From Bacteroidetes bacterium UBA1860 (GTDB taxonomy: Bacteria; Bacteroidota; Rhodothermia; Balneolales; Balneolaceae), in contig DDIC01000053.1 in the NCBI GenBank assembly GCA_002338335.1, forward strand, positions 13,411 to 63,022: a stretch of 49,612 nt of DNA, given 5' to 3'. The translations under genes and the position numbers were made by a program. The notes beneath the pieces are model-generated. The model was not told where the DNA came from and ran no database searches. It saw only the letters and a list, made by a program, of their open reading frames with translations. Positions 36,630-46,537 of the stretch are shown piece by piece. The number at the start of each line of letters is the position of its first letter. Position 1 is the first letter of the stretch.

Positions 36630-38723
36630 CTACATTTCCTTCTCTAACTTCGCAATCTGATCGCGGATTCTCGCCGCCTCTTCGAACTCCATGTTTTTGG
36701 CAGCGTAGAGCATGGATTGCCGTAGGTGCTCGAGCAGGGACTCCTTGGTCTCGAATACAACCTCTTTCATCGCTGGGCCTGGTGTATAATGATACCCCTT
36801 CTCGCCAGCTCGAATTTGCTCCCCAGAACCTGTAGCGGTTACGACGCTATTGGCGTCGCTATCGGTCACCATGTCCTCCATGGCAGCCTGTTGTGCGTCT
36901 AAGTTGACGGTTCCTGTCGAGATTAAGCTTGGGTCGACCAACGGCTTTAGCTCTTTTTGGATGGTCGTCGGGGTAATGCCGTGCTCTTCGTTATACTCCT
37001 GCTGGACTTTTCGGCGGCGATCGGTCTCTTCGATCACCTTTTTCATGCTATCGGTGATTTTATCCGCGTATAAAATGGCCTTTCCATTGACGTTACGGGC
37101 AGCTCTTCCCACAATCTGAAACAACGATGTATCGGATCGAAGGAATCCCTCTTTGTCCGCATCCAGGATGGCCACAAGGGTTAACTCTGGAATGTCAATA
37201 CCCTCCCGCAAAAGGTTAATACCGACCAGTACATTATAGTCACCCCTTCTGTATTTGTAGAGCACCTCGATTCTTTCCAATGCATCCAACTCACTGTGCA
37301 TGTACGCTGCCGAAATCCCTAGTTCTTTGAGATACGCACTGAGCTCTTCACTTAGGCGCTTCGTAAGGGTAATACACAACACTCGCTCCCCTCGGGCTGC
37401 TCGTACGCGGATTTCTTCAAGTAGATCATCGACTTGGTTGTCGACGGGCCTGACTTCAATGGTGGGCTCCATTAAGCCGGTTGGGCGGATAATTTGCTCC
37501 ACAACCACACCATCCGATTGTTCAAGCTCATAGTCGGCTGGGGTTGCACTCACATAAATTGCTTGATTCACCATCGTTTCCCACTCTTGAAAGGTGAGTG
37601 GGCGATTATCAAGAGCGGAGGGGAGGCGAAATCCATGCTCTACCAGTTCAATTTTACGAGAGCGGTCGCCGCTGTACATCCCATTAATCTGAGGAACGGT
37701 TTGGTGACTTTCGTCTACCACAAGCAAGAAATCGTCGGGGAAATAGTCGATTAAGCAAAATGGGCGCTCCCCTGGTTTGCGTCCACTGAGGTATCGAGAA
37801 TAATTTTCAATGCCGTTGCAGTAGCCCACCTCTTGCATCATTTCGAGATCAAACAAGGTGCGCTGCTCTAGGCGCTTGGCTTCCAAGTGGCGTTGCTCCG
37901 ATTTGAAGACTTCCATACGATCCCAAAGCTCCTGACGGATAAGATCAATGGTTTCTGTCATCCGCCCCTTTGTCGTGACATAATGGGAGGCTGGAAAAAT
38001 GCGAAACTCGTCTACTTTCTCTAGTATCGCTCCCGTTTCAGGGTCAAAACGCTCCATCGATTCAATTTCATCCCCCCAAAATGTGACTCGGAGGCCATCA
38101 TCGGAGTAAGCGGGGTAGATATCTGTCACATCGCCACGAACTCGGAATCGCCCCGGTGTAAACTCAACATCATTGCGTGAATAATGGAGATCGACTAAGT
38201 CGTAGAGCATTTTGTTGCGCGGTATCTCATCGCCCACCTTGAGGCTCAAGATGAGCTTGGCGTACTCGCTGGGTGAGCCAATTCCATAGATGCAGCTGAT
38301 GGATGATACAATAATGACATCTCGACGACCCGAAAGCAGAGAACTGGTGGCGCGTAGTCTGAGCTTTTGAATCTGCTCATTGATCGAAAGGTCTTTTTCA
38401 ATGTATTTGTCCGACTTGGAGATGTAGGCTTCCGGCTGATAATAGTCGTAGTAGGAGATAAAAAATTCGACTCTGTTCTCGGGGAAGAAGTCACAAAATT
38501 CTCGATAGAGCTGCGCAGCAAGGGTTTTGTTGTGGCTCATCACCAAAACCGGTCTTTCTACATTCTCGATGACACCTGCTATCGTCCGTGTCTTTCCCGA
38601 CCCCGTAATCCCCAGTAATGTTTGATGCTTATCCCCTGCCAAGACACCTTGGGTAAGCTCCTCGATGGCGTTGGGTTGATCCCCCGCTGGGGGCCATGGA
38701 GAATGAAGGTCGTATATAGACAT
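36630..38723 (-). CDS. uvrB: Excinuclease ABC subunit B
   Basis: Start moved to ATG 38723 ([23 protein letters not shown], which parallels the E. coli N-terminus). [19 protein letters not shown] and a C-terminal UVR domain [15 protein letters not shown]. Confidence 0.95.
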   Translation of the reverse strand: MSIYDLHSPWPPAGDQPNAIEELTQGVLAGDKHQTLLGITGSGKTRTIAGVIENVERPVLVMSHNKTLAAQLYREFCDFFPENRVEFFISYYDYYQPEAYISKSDKYIEKDLSINEQIQKLRLRATSSLLSGRRDVIIVSSISCIYGIGSPSEYAKLILSLKVGDEIPRNKMLYDLVDLHYSRNDVEFTPGRFRVRGDVTDIYPAYSDDGLRVTFWGDEIESMERFDPETGAILEKVDEFRIFPASHYVTTKGRMTETIDLIRQELWDRMEVFKSEQRHLEAKRLEQRTLFDLEMMQEVGYCNGIENYSRYLSGRKPGERPFCLIDYFPDDFLLVVDESHQTVPQINGMYSGDRSRKIELVEHGFRLPSALDNRPLTFQEWETMVNQAIYVSATPADYELEQSDGVVVEQIIRPTGLMEPTIEVRPVDNQVDDLLEEIRVRAARGERVLCITLTKRLSEELSAYLKELGISAAYMHSELDALERIEVLYKYRRGDYNVLVGINLLREGIDIPELTLVAILDADKEGFLRSDTSLFQIVGRAARNVNGKAILYADKITDSMKKVIEETDRRRKVQQEYNEEHGITPTTIQKELKPLVDPSLISTGTVNLDAQQAAMEDMVTDSDANSVVTATGSGEQIRAGEKGYHYTPGPAMKEVVFETKESLLEHLRQSMLYAAKNMEFEEAARIRDQIAKLEKEM

Positions 38724-38839
38724 GGTTTGGTGCTGGTGTAGCTGAGGTTGGTTTGAACGAGATTCCATACCTTGAAGCAATCTGGAAAGTTAACGACTTG
38801 TCCGATTCTCTTCATTCCTTCCTTTCATCTTTCTGACTG

Positions 38840-39961
38840 ATGAGTGATTTAGATTCCATGCGCGAGGAGATTGATGCGCTTGACAAAACCCTTCTTGAAC
38901 TACTCAAGAAGCGCAATGATGTCGCCAAAAAGGTCCTTGCATACAAATTAGAGCATCAGCTACCCGTGTTTATGGCAGAGCGGGAGGAGCAAAAAACCGA
39001 ACGTCTTAGGCGAGATGCTCATGAAATGGGCGTCGATCCAGAAATGGTTGAGGATCTACTTCGAATTATCATGGCCTCCTCAAGAGCTACGCAGTCACAA
39101 CATGAGTTTCCCATGGCTACGGATGAGCCAAGGCACGTGCTCTTGCTGGGTGGAGATGGAGGGATGGGGAAGCTTTATCGCAGATTTCTTGAACGAAGTG
39201 GTCACCAAGTATCGAGTATCGATAAAGGGAATTGGTACGAGCTTGAACAGCTCGCGCCTACCATTGACCTTGCCATTGTGACGGTCCCCATCCATGTGAC
39301 GTTGGATGTCATTGAGAGAGTCTCTGCAAAACTACCCGACCACGTGGTGCTAGCAGATTTTACCTCAAACAAGGGGGCGCCTATCCAAGCCATGATGCAG
39401 GCTCACAAGGGCCCCGTACTCGGCCTCCATCCTATGCATGGGCCCGATGTGCCTAATTTATCAAAGCAACTTATGGTCATCTGCCCTGCAAGAGATGGAG
39501 AGAAGGGGGCCTGGTTTGGAGAGCAGTGTAAACTTTGGGGGATGCGAGTCGTTGAGGCGGATCCCGATGCTCACGACCACGCGATGGATCTTGTCCAAGG
39601 CCTCAGACACTTTGTAGCATTGTTGCACGGCTCCTTCATGAAAGATCAGGAGCTAAAGCCACAACAAATGTTGGACTATTCGAGCCCCATGTATCGAGCA
39701 GAATTGATGATGACAGGGCGAATTTTTGCTCAGAGCGCCGAATTGTATGCTGATATTGTCTTTTCTAGTCCCGAAAGGCGAGCCCTTTTGACTCAGTTTT
39801 TCAAACATCACGAGCGATTGGCCGCAATGGTGGAGTCCAATGATCGTGCTGGATTCATCAAGGAGTTTGAAGCGGTCACCGATTTCTTTGGCTCCTTTGC
39901 CACGCAGGCTTTGTTCGAGAGTGGGTATTTGATTAATCGGCTCTCTGATCGATTTGCTTGA
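38840..39961 (+). CDS. tyrA: Bifunctional chorismate mutase / prephenate dehydrogenase (T-protein type)
   Basis: 373 aa. AroQ chorismate-mutase N-terminus MREEIDALDKTLLELLKKRNDVAKKV, followed by a prephenate-dehydrogenase domain (LLLGGDGGMGKLY ..., HPMHGPD). Confidence 0.85.
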   Translation: MSDLDSMREEIDALDKTLLELLKKRNDVAKKVLAYKLEHQLPVFMAEREEQKTERLRRDAHEMGVDPEMVEDLLRIIMASSRATQSQHEFPMATDEPRHVLLLGGDGGMGKLYRRFLERSGHQVSSIDKGNWYELEQLAPTIDLAIVTVPIHVTLDVIERVSAKLPDHVVLADFTSNKGAPIQAMMQAHKGPVLGLHPMHGPDVPNLSKQLMVICPARDGEKGAWFGEQCKLWGMRVVEADPDAHDHAMDLVQGLRHFVALLHGSFMKDQELKPQQMLDYSSPMYRAELMMTGRIFAQSAELYADIVFSSPERRALLTQFFKHHERLAAMVESNDRAGFIKEFEAVTDFFGSFATQALFESGYLINRLSDRFA

Positions 39962-39971
39962 GCGGGCTTGG

Positions 39972-40015
39972 TTGGCGCGGGTTTGGCGCGCGAGTTTGTA
40001 GTATGAGTTGGCGCG
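39972..40015. repeat. Three copies of TTGGCGCG(CG) in the tyrA/mrp convergent spacer
   Basis: Copies at 39972..39979, 39983..39990 and 40008..40015. The alternating GCGCGCG blocks of copies 2 and 3 can pair as a 7-bp stem. No U-tract follows on either strand. Confidence 0.5.
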
Positions 40016-40052
40016 CGCTGTGGGTTACGAGCAATTCGACCTCAGCGTAGAG

Positions 40053-41219
40053 CTACTCGTGAAACGAAATCGACATCTCTTCTTGCCCTTCTCCAGTCGA
40101 CTCTAAAGCTTCTATCGACTGTATCACCCGCTCTGCCATGGTTCGGAATGCTTGCCCTTGCGTAGAATCCGGCCCTTCAATACTCACGGGCTTTCCTGCA
40201 TCCCCTGCTTTACGAATTTCCTCCACGAGCGGAATCTCTCCGAGGAAGGGGACTTGTTGCTGTTGTGCCAGCTGGCGAGCACCGTGCTTGCCAAAGATGT
40301 AATATTTCGATTCAGGATGATCTGGGGGTGAAAACCATGCCATATTCTCCAACAGCCCTAAAATTGGCACCCTTACTTTGTCAAACATCGCAATCCCTTT
40401 TCGAGCATCCTCCAAGGCTACAGGCTGAGGTGTTGACACAATTACAGCACCGCGCAGGGGAACCGATTGGACGATGGTCAATTGAATGTCACCCGTTCCC
40501 GGTGGGAGGTCAAGCACCATAATATCGAGCTCTGGCCACTCCACATCCTGCATAAACTGTTTCACGGCACTCGTCACCATCGGTCCCCGCCAAATCATGG
40601 CTTGGTCTGGGTCAATCAAAAAACCCATCGATACGAGGTGAACACCATACTTTTGGATCGGCTCAAGCTTCCGCTGCGTCGTAATCGTTGGCTTTTCATG
40701 GACATCAAACATAATGGGAACACTCGGGCCGTAAATATCAGCGTCCATGAGCCCCACCTTTAGCCCCATTTTTGCCAAGCTCACTGCTAGATTGGAGGCT
40801 ACCGTAGACTTGCCGACGCCCCCCTTACCAGACGCCACCGCAATCACATGTTTGACCGTAGGCAACAAGCCCTGTGTCGCTTCTGAGGAGGCCTCCGTTT
40901 GCTGTGCGGCTCCGTCGTTGGGGTCACTCGCCCCGCTTTGAGTCCCTTCCATCCGTTTTGCCACAGAGATATTCACACCCACTGTGATATCAACAATGGC
41001 CTCTGAATCGACAAACTTTTGAATCGCTTGAGTCGCTTGATCTTTAAGAAGATCCGCTAATGCATCATTTTTGGAAGGTAATTCCAGCGAAAACGTGATG
41101 TATTTATCCTGAATAATGAGATCCTGCACCATCTCCAGGGAAATCAAGTCCTTCTCTACTTCTGGGTGAAGGACCTGCATTAATGCGCTGCGAACTTGCT
41201 CTTTGGTTATTGAACTCAT
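40053..41219 (-). CDS. apbC: Mrp/NBP35/ApbC-family iron-sulfur cluster carrier ATPase
   Basis: Start moved to ATG 41219 (MSSITKEQVRSALMQVLHPEVEKDLISLEMV, an N-terminal DUF59-like domain). Deviant Walker A VASGKGGVGKST, and LGLLENMAWF. Confidence 0.9.
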   Translation of the reverse strand: MSSITKEQVRSALMQVLHPEVEKDLISLEMVQDLIIQDKYITFSLELPSKNDALADLLKDQATQAIQKFVDSEAIVDITVGVNISVAKRMEGTQSGASDPNDGAAQQTEASSEATQGLLPTVKHVIAVASGKGGVGKSTVASNLAVSLAKMGLKVGLMDADIYGPSVPIMFDVHEKPTITTQRKLEPIQKYGVHLVSMGFLIDPDQAMIWRGPMVTSAVKQFMQDVEWPELDIMVLDLPPGTGDIQLTIVQSVPLRGAVIVSTPQPVALEDARKGIAMFDKVRVPILGLLENMAWFSPPDHPESKYYIFGKHGARQLAQQQQVPFLGEIPLVEEIRKAGDAGKPVSIEGPDSTQGQAFRTMAERVIQSIEALESTGEGQEEMSISFHE

Positions 41220-41334
41220 GCCGCACAAAATACAAAATCTTGGGTCGAGTTCGTTGATACATGTGTTGGAAGTTCCGTCACGAGCGGCCGAATTTGTTAT
41301 AGTCGACAATAGAAAAATGCCTACATTTGGAGCC

Positions 41335-42441
41335 ATGAAAAAGACGCCTTTATACGACCATCATCAAAAGCTAGGCGCTCGCTGTATTGAGTTTGGTGGA
41401 TACCTCATGCCCGTGAGTTATGAAGGGATAAAGCAAGAGCACCATGCCGTGCGCACTGGGTCGGGCCTATTTGATGTCTCACACATGGGGGAATTCTTTG
41501 TCACTGGAAAGGATGCCGCGTCTTTTTTGCAAATGTTGCTGATTAATGATGTGGATGCTTGCCCACCAGGGAAAGCTCAGTACACAGCGATGTGTCAAGA
41601 AGATGGCGGAGTACTGGATGATTGTCTTATTTACTGTCGTTCGGTGGAAGAATGGTTAATGGTGGTAAATGCTGCCAATGTTGAAAAAGACTGGGCATGG
41701 GTCACGCAGCTCAAAGAGGCTCGATTTGCAGAAGCCGATGTGCAACTCGAGAATCGCTCCGATCATATGGGCCTATTGGTGCTGCAAGGACCTTCATCGT
41801 TGAATCTTCTCAAGCCATTTACAGAAGTGGGCCTAGATGCAATCCCATTTTATGCATTTACCCAAGGACCTGTGTGTGGAGTCCCCGATGTATGGATCGC
41901 TACCACAGGATACACGGGTGAAAAAGGGGTGGAGCTCTACATCCCTACCGATCAAGCGGAGGGCATTCGGGCGATTTGGACAGCCTTATTAGATGCTGGG
42001 GCTGTACCCTGTGGGCTTGGAGCGCGTGATACACTACGCCTTGAAAAGGGATTCAATCTGTATGGCCAAGACATGGACGAAACGGTGAGTCCTCTCGAGG
42101 CTAGAATGGGCTGGGTCACCAAGCTCGACGCTGGACCGTTTGTGGGAAAAGAGGCTATTGCAAGTCAAAAGGAGTCGGGAGAGTATCGTAGACTTATCGG
42201 ATTTGTAATGGATGAACCAAGAGCGATTCCTCGATCGGGGTATGAGGTGGTTGATTCGAAGGGTGAAGTGATAGGGAGCGTCACAAGTGGCACACAATCC
42301 ATCACGCTTGGCCAGGGTATTGGAATGGCTAGAGTGGACAAACGTAAGGGGCTGAATCTAGAGGATGGCGCCTCCATTGGCATATTGATTCGAGGAGAAA
42401 GCAAACCGGCAACGATTACAAACCCCCCTTTTGTCAAATAA
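41335..42441 (+). CDS. gcvT: Glycine cleavage system aminomethyltransferase (T protein)
   Basis: Start moved to ATG 41335 (MKKTPLYDHHQKLGARCIEFGGYLMPVSY...). GLFDVSHMGEF and ARDTLRLEKGFNLYGQDM. Confidence 0.93.
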   Translation: MKKTPLYDHHQKLGARCIEFGGYLMPVSYEGIKQEHHAVRTGSGLFDVSHMGEFFVTGKDAASFLQMLLINDVDACPPGKAQYTAMCQEDGGVLDDCLIYCRSVEEWLMVVNAANVEKDWAWVTQLKEARFAEADVQLENRSDHMGLLVLQGPSSLNLLKPFTEVGLDAIPFYAFTQGPVCGVPDVWIATTGYTGEKGVELYIPTDQAEGIRAIWTALLDAGAVPCGLGARDTLRLEKGFNLYGQDMDETVSPLEARMGWVTKLDAGPFVGKEAIASQKESGEYRRLIGFVMDEPRAIPRSGYEVVDSKGEVIGSVTSGTQSITLGQGIGMARVDKRKGLNLEDGASIGILIRGESKPATITNPPFVK

Positions 42442-42444
42442 CGC

Positions 42445-43206
42445 ATGAGTGAGAAGCAACACCCTAAGTTAGAGATCATACTGTCTGCTAACGAAATTGA
42501 AGAAGGACAGCTAAAAGGCCGCTTGGTCGTGGTCATCGATATTTTACGAGCTTCAAGCACAATGATCACAGCACTCTCGAATGGTGCTACAAAGATTTAT
42601 CCTGTGGAGGAAACAGACCAGGCCTTCCGATTGGTCCAAAATATGGATCGTAAGCAGGTATTAACGCTCGGAGAGCGTAATGGAGTAATAATTGAAGGGT
42701 TTGATTACGGAAACTCACCCTTAAGTTGCACGCCTGAAGTTGTGGGGGGGAAGCAACTTATTATGACGACCACGAATGGAACTCGCGCCCTTGAATACTC
42801 CAAAGGGGCCGAAGAGATCCTTGTTGGAGGGTTTTTGAATTATTCAGCCATTCTTGAGCGAGTTGAAGGTGCTTTGTATCAATCGATCCCTGTAACTCTT
42901 TTTTGTGCTGGCTGGAGAGGGTGTCCTGCGCTGGAGGATACACTCTTTGCAGGCATGATTCTGAATGCTTTATTAGAACGAGGCAATCCTTCGCTTCAGC
43001 CCCTCTCAGACGCGGGTCATATGGCGATTTGCTTAGCTCAAAGGCTTGGCGAGAAAGCCCCCGTGGGGATCGTGAAACAGAGTGATCATGCCCGTCGACT
43101 TGCAGGCCTCGTGGGAGAAGATGAGGTAGAGGTGTGTTGCTCTATGGATGCGTGCCCTGTCCTTCCTGTGATGTTGGACGGCACCATTGAGCTATCCAAA
43201 CGGTAG
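42445..43206 (+). CDS. ComB-family 2-phosphosulfolactate phosphatase-like protein
   Basis: 253 aa. Family-typical VVVIDILRASSTMITAL and GERNG...GFDYGNSP. Begins 3 nt after the gcvT stop. Confidence 0.75.
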   Translation: MSEKQHPKLEIILSANEIEEGQLKGRLVVVIDILRASSTMITALSNGATKIYPVEETDQAFRLVQNMDRKQVLTLGERNGVIIEGFDYGNSPLSCTPEVVGGKQLIMTTTNGTRALEYSKGAEEILVGGFLNYSAILERVEGALYQSIPVTLFCAGWRGCPALEDTLFAGMILNALLERGNPSLQPLSDAGHMAICLAQRLGEKAPVGIVKQSDHARRLAGLVGEDEVEVCCSMDACPVLPVMLDGTIELSKR

Positions 43207-43259
43207 TTGTGTCTCATTTTCACGATATTCCATGTTAGTCGACGTTCGAATCGCCTATC

Positions 43260-45689
43260 ATGCCTACTAAAGCAACCACAAACTCATCCTCTAGAAGAAG
43301 TCTCATCGTCCTTGGTGTGATGATGATTGGCATAGGTTTGCTCTATTTATTGAGCCTCTTAACCTTTCAGGAGTCGGATTATGCTGCTGTCAGCAGGCTT
43401 GGATTCGGTGATTTGTTAGACCCTTCTAGCCGCTCTGCCACGCTCGTTCAGAACTGGGTTGGAACCGTGGGGGCATGGCTAGCCCATTTGAGTGTAACAC
43501 TGCTTTTTGGCGTATTTAGTGTGACGCTTCCTGTTGTACTCATTGGCTCTGGGTGGGTGATGATACGTGATCTGTCATGGGATCGATGGCTCAGAAAAGT
43601 TGTCTTGATGACCTTTTGGATGCTCACGCTGAGCACGTTTGCTGGTTGGTTCGCTTTAGAGTTTGACTCGATCTCTTCTGTCATGAGCGGACAAGTGGGC
43701 TTCATGTTAGCCTCCCTTTTGCAGGGGTTGTTGAGCTGGGGTGCCTTGATTTTGCTGCTCACAGCATTGGCAACACTCTCCTTTATGACGTTTAAGGTGG
43801 ACTTTTCCTTTTTGCTGAATCTTGATGTGAGTGCTTTCACGCAATGGGTGAAACAGCGCTTGAGTTCGATGAGGAAATTAGCTGATGCTCAAAAAGAAGT
43901 GCCTCGAGCTGCAGTATCTCGACCCAGTGAGCCTCAAGCAGACACTCCTAAATCTTCTGCCTCCTCTCCTGCTTCAGCTTCTGCATCTTCAGCACCTCCT
44001 GCGTCCACGCCTGCACCCACTACTGAAACCCCAGCCTCTACCCAACCCCCTACAAAATCATCCGAAGAGGCCTCTTCGTCGTCAGGAAATATTGAAATCG
44101 TGGTGGGGCAAGAAGAGGAAGACGCGGGTACCAAAGACCTAGGGCGGGCACAAAAAGCAGCGGCCAGTGGGTCCAAAAATAAATTTCAATTTCCGTCTGA
44201 GGACTTACTCGATCCTGCGACGGAGGATGACACTCCCGTGAATATGGATGAGATTCGCAGGGTTGGCGATTTGATTAGCGATAAACTAAAGCAACACAAT
44301 ATTGCTCTAAAAACTCATGCAGAGGATGACGGCGAGGACCGAGAGTTGCGCGCAACCGTTGGGCCAACCGTAACGCTGTATGAGATTGAGCCAGAGGATC
44401 ACGTAAAGATTAGCCGGATTGGGGGATATGCTAATGATTTGAAGATGGCAACCGCGGCCAAGGGGATTCGTATCATTGCCCCTATTCCAGGAAAATCAGC
44501 GGTTGGCATTGAGATTCCAAACTCAAATCGACAGATGGTTCATATCCGGTCGATGATTAACAAGAAGAAGTTTGTCGATTCAGATATGGATCTTCCGATT
44601 GCATTTGGGAAGACGATTGACAATGAAATTTTTATGATCGATTTGGCCCGCATGCCCCATTTGTTGATTGCTGGGGCCACGGGTTCTGGAAAATCGGTCG
44701 GGATTAATACCATTATCACGTGTTTACTGTACAAACTTCATCCAGATAATCTGAAGTTTGTCCTCATTGACCCCAAAAAGATTGAATTATCACTCTATCG
44801 TCACATTCAGAATCAATATCTAGCCTATGTTGAGGGGGCTGAGGAGCCGATTGTGACCGACACCAGCAAGGCTTTGGGAGCGCTCAAAAGCGTCTGTAAA
44901 GAGATGGATAGTCGGTATGAGCTGCTCAAGATGGCCATGGTGCGGGATATCAAAGCTTATAACGATAAGTTTGCTGCGGGTGGGCTCGAGGATGACTTAG
45001 GGCATAGACATCTGCCGTTTATTGTCGTAATTATTGATGAGTTAGCGGATCTAATGATGACCGCTGGGCGTCAGATTGAGGAACCCATTTCTAGGATAGC
45101 TCAACTAGCGCGGGCTGTTGGCATTCATTTGGTAATTGCGACACAAAGGCCCTCGGTGAATGTGATTACAGGAACCATTAAAGCGAATTTCCCCGCTCGT
45201 ATTGCATATCAAGTTGCTTCGAAAGTCGATTCGCGCACCATTTTGGATGTGGGTGGGGCGGATGAGCTTGTTGGGAAAGGGGACATGCTGTTTAGTAATG
45301 GGGCCCAGATGGTTCGGGTGCAGAATGCATTCGTTTCAACGGAAGAAGTGGAGCGGATTACCGCCTTTATTGGACAGCAGTCCCATTATAACCAGCCCTT
45401 GGTCTTGGAGAGTGATGAGGCAGAAGAAGCTGCGGGGCAGGGGGATGTAGGGGATGTCGACTCTTTGTTTATAGAGGCCGCGAAAACGGTGATGTTGCAC
45501 CAGCAAGGGAGTGTGTCACTTCTTCAACGAAAGCTTAAAATAGGATATAACCGTGCTGGGCGTTTGATTGATCAACTCTTTGCGCTTGGTGTTGTCGGCC
45601 CATATCAAGGAAGTGCCGCCCGGGATGTACTCATTGAAACAGAGGAGGAGCTCCAAGAGCTTCTCGACAAGCACGGAATCAAAGGATGA
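43260..45689 (+). CDS. ftsK: DNA translocase FtsK/SpoIIIE
   Basis: 809 aa. N-terminal transmembrane segments, a Ser/Pro/Ala-rich linker, Walker A GATGSGKSVGIN, Walker B VVIIDELADLMM, and a C-terminal gamma winged helix SLLQRKLKIGYNRAGRLIDQL. Confidence 0.93.
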   Translation: MPTKATTNSSSRRSLIVLGVMMIGIGLLYLLSLLTFQESDYAAVSRLGFGDLLDPSSRSATLVQNWVGTVGAWLAHLSVTLLFGVFSVTLPVVLIGSGWVMIRDLSWDRWLRKVVLMTFWMLTLSTFAGWFALEFDSISSVMSGQVGFMLASLLQGLLSWGALILLLTALATLSFMTFKVDFSFLLNLDVSAFTQWVKQRLSSMRKLADAQKEVPRAAVSRPSEPQADTPKSSASSPASASASSAPPASTPAPTTETPASTQPPTKSSEEASSSSGNIEIVVGQEEEDAGTKDLGRAQKAAASGSKNKFQFPSEDLLDPATEDDTPVNMDEIRRVGDLISDKLKQHNIALKTHAEDDGEDRELRATVGPTVTLYEIEPEDHVKISRIGGYANDLKMATAAKGIRIIAPIPGKSAVGIEIPNSNRQMVHIRSMINKKKFVDSDMDLPIAFGKTIDNEIFMIDLARMPHLLIAGATGSGKSVGINTIITCLLYKLHPDNLKFVLIDPKKIELSLYRHIQNQYLAYVEGAEEPIVTDTSKALGALKSVCKEMDSRYELLKMAMVRDIKAYNDKFAAGGLEDDLGHRHLPFIVVIIDELADLMMTAGRQIEEPISRIAQLARAVGIHLVIATQRPSVNVITGTIKANFPARIAYQVASKVDSRTILDVGGADELVGKGDMLFSNGAQMVRVQNAFVSTEEVERITAFIGQQSHYNQPLVLESDEAEEAAGQGDVGDVDSLFIEAAKTVMLHQQGSVSLLQRKLKIGYNRAGRLIDQLFALGVVGPYQGSAARDVLIETEEELQELLDKHGIKG

Positions 45690-46537
45690 AACAGACATGG
45701 CTGAGGGGTCTGGGATTAAGTAGTGTCCTCTTTTTTATGAGTGTGATACCTGTTGCCAATGCCCAAGATGGTGTGAATGCGCAAGACGCTGAGGTTCTTC
45801 AAGACAAAAACACACCTTTTTTGGATGCTTTTATTACACAAGCTCAAAGTGGCCAACTCTTAACGATGGATTTTACAGCACTGTCTGAAGATGATTTTAC
45901 TGGACAATCCACTGAAGTGAGTGGTCGTGTGGCCTTGGGCGTTGGATTTAGCCGATTTGAAACCGATGACCGGGTCATTGTGATGATTGGTGATACCTCG
46001 TGGGTGATGGATCGGTCTCAAAACCGAGTCATTATCAGTGTGTTGGCTCTAGAAGAGCGTGAGTTCTCTGTGGAGTGGTTTCTTCGAGAAAAAGACCATG
46101 CAATCTCCTCCAATCCACGCAATGAAACGACGATGGCTTTCGACGAAGACCTTCCCTGGCAGTTGGAGCAAGTGACCATGGAAACGATTGCAGGACAAGT
46201 GCTAGAAAAAATAACGATTGCCTCCACAGACCCTTTTTCTACTTGGGAAACAGCTCAGTTGTGGATGGCGATGCGTGAGGGTTCTGCGAGGGATAGGACA
46301 CAAGCCACAGGGGAATCCAAAGGAGAGCCTATAAAATTGGTGGTTAACGATCCTGTAGGGGCTACTACGAGCACGCAATTTACCAATCAGCGTTGGCTGG
46401 ATTGGGACATGACGTCGACTGCACATCCGTTAGCGTTGGCACAGAATTCGGATGAGCCGTGGGCCTTACCGGTGGATCAAGACACTCAGATTACAGACTT
46501 GCGTGAATCGTTTGAGAATCAAGAGGATGACTTATGA
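45686..46537 (+). CDS. Secreted protein, possibly a LolA-like lipoprotein carrier/chaperone fold
   Basis: Signal peptide MKQTWLRGLGLSSVLFFMSVIPVANAQ. Its position directly after ftsK (ATGA overlap) matches the common ftsK-lolA arrangement. The segment GDTSWVMDRSQNRVIIS resembles the LolA pattern. The assignment is weak. Confidence 0.45.
   Translation: MKQTWLRGLGLSSVLFFMSVIPVANAQDGVNAQDAEVLQDKNTPFLDAFITQAQSGQLLTMDFTALSEDDFTGQSTEVSGRVALGVGFSRFETDDRVIVMIGDTSWVMDRSQNRVIISVLALEEREFSVEWFLREKDHAISSNPRNETTMAFDEDLPWQLEQVTMETIAGQVLEKITIASTDPFSTWETAQLWMAMREGSARDRTQATGESKGEPIKLVVNDPVGATTSTQFTNQRWLDWDMTSTAHPLALAQNSDEPWALPVDQDTQITDLRESFENQEDDL

Noticed and set aside
41220-41334. Possible glycine riboswitch upstream of gcvT
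   Set aside because: The glycine riboswitch is the classic gcvT leader. However, the 115-nt spacer shows none of the conserved GGAGAG / ACCGAAGGGGCAA-type elements when read by eye, and it is short for a tandem aptamer. The spacer is probably just the divergent mrp/gcvT promoter region. A covariance-model scan would settle it.
43885-44176. Overlapping 85-aa plus-strand and 80-aa minus-strand ORFs
   Set aside because: Both lie within the Ser/Pro/Ala-rich low-complexity linker of ftsK. Such biased-composition regions keep several frames open.
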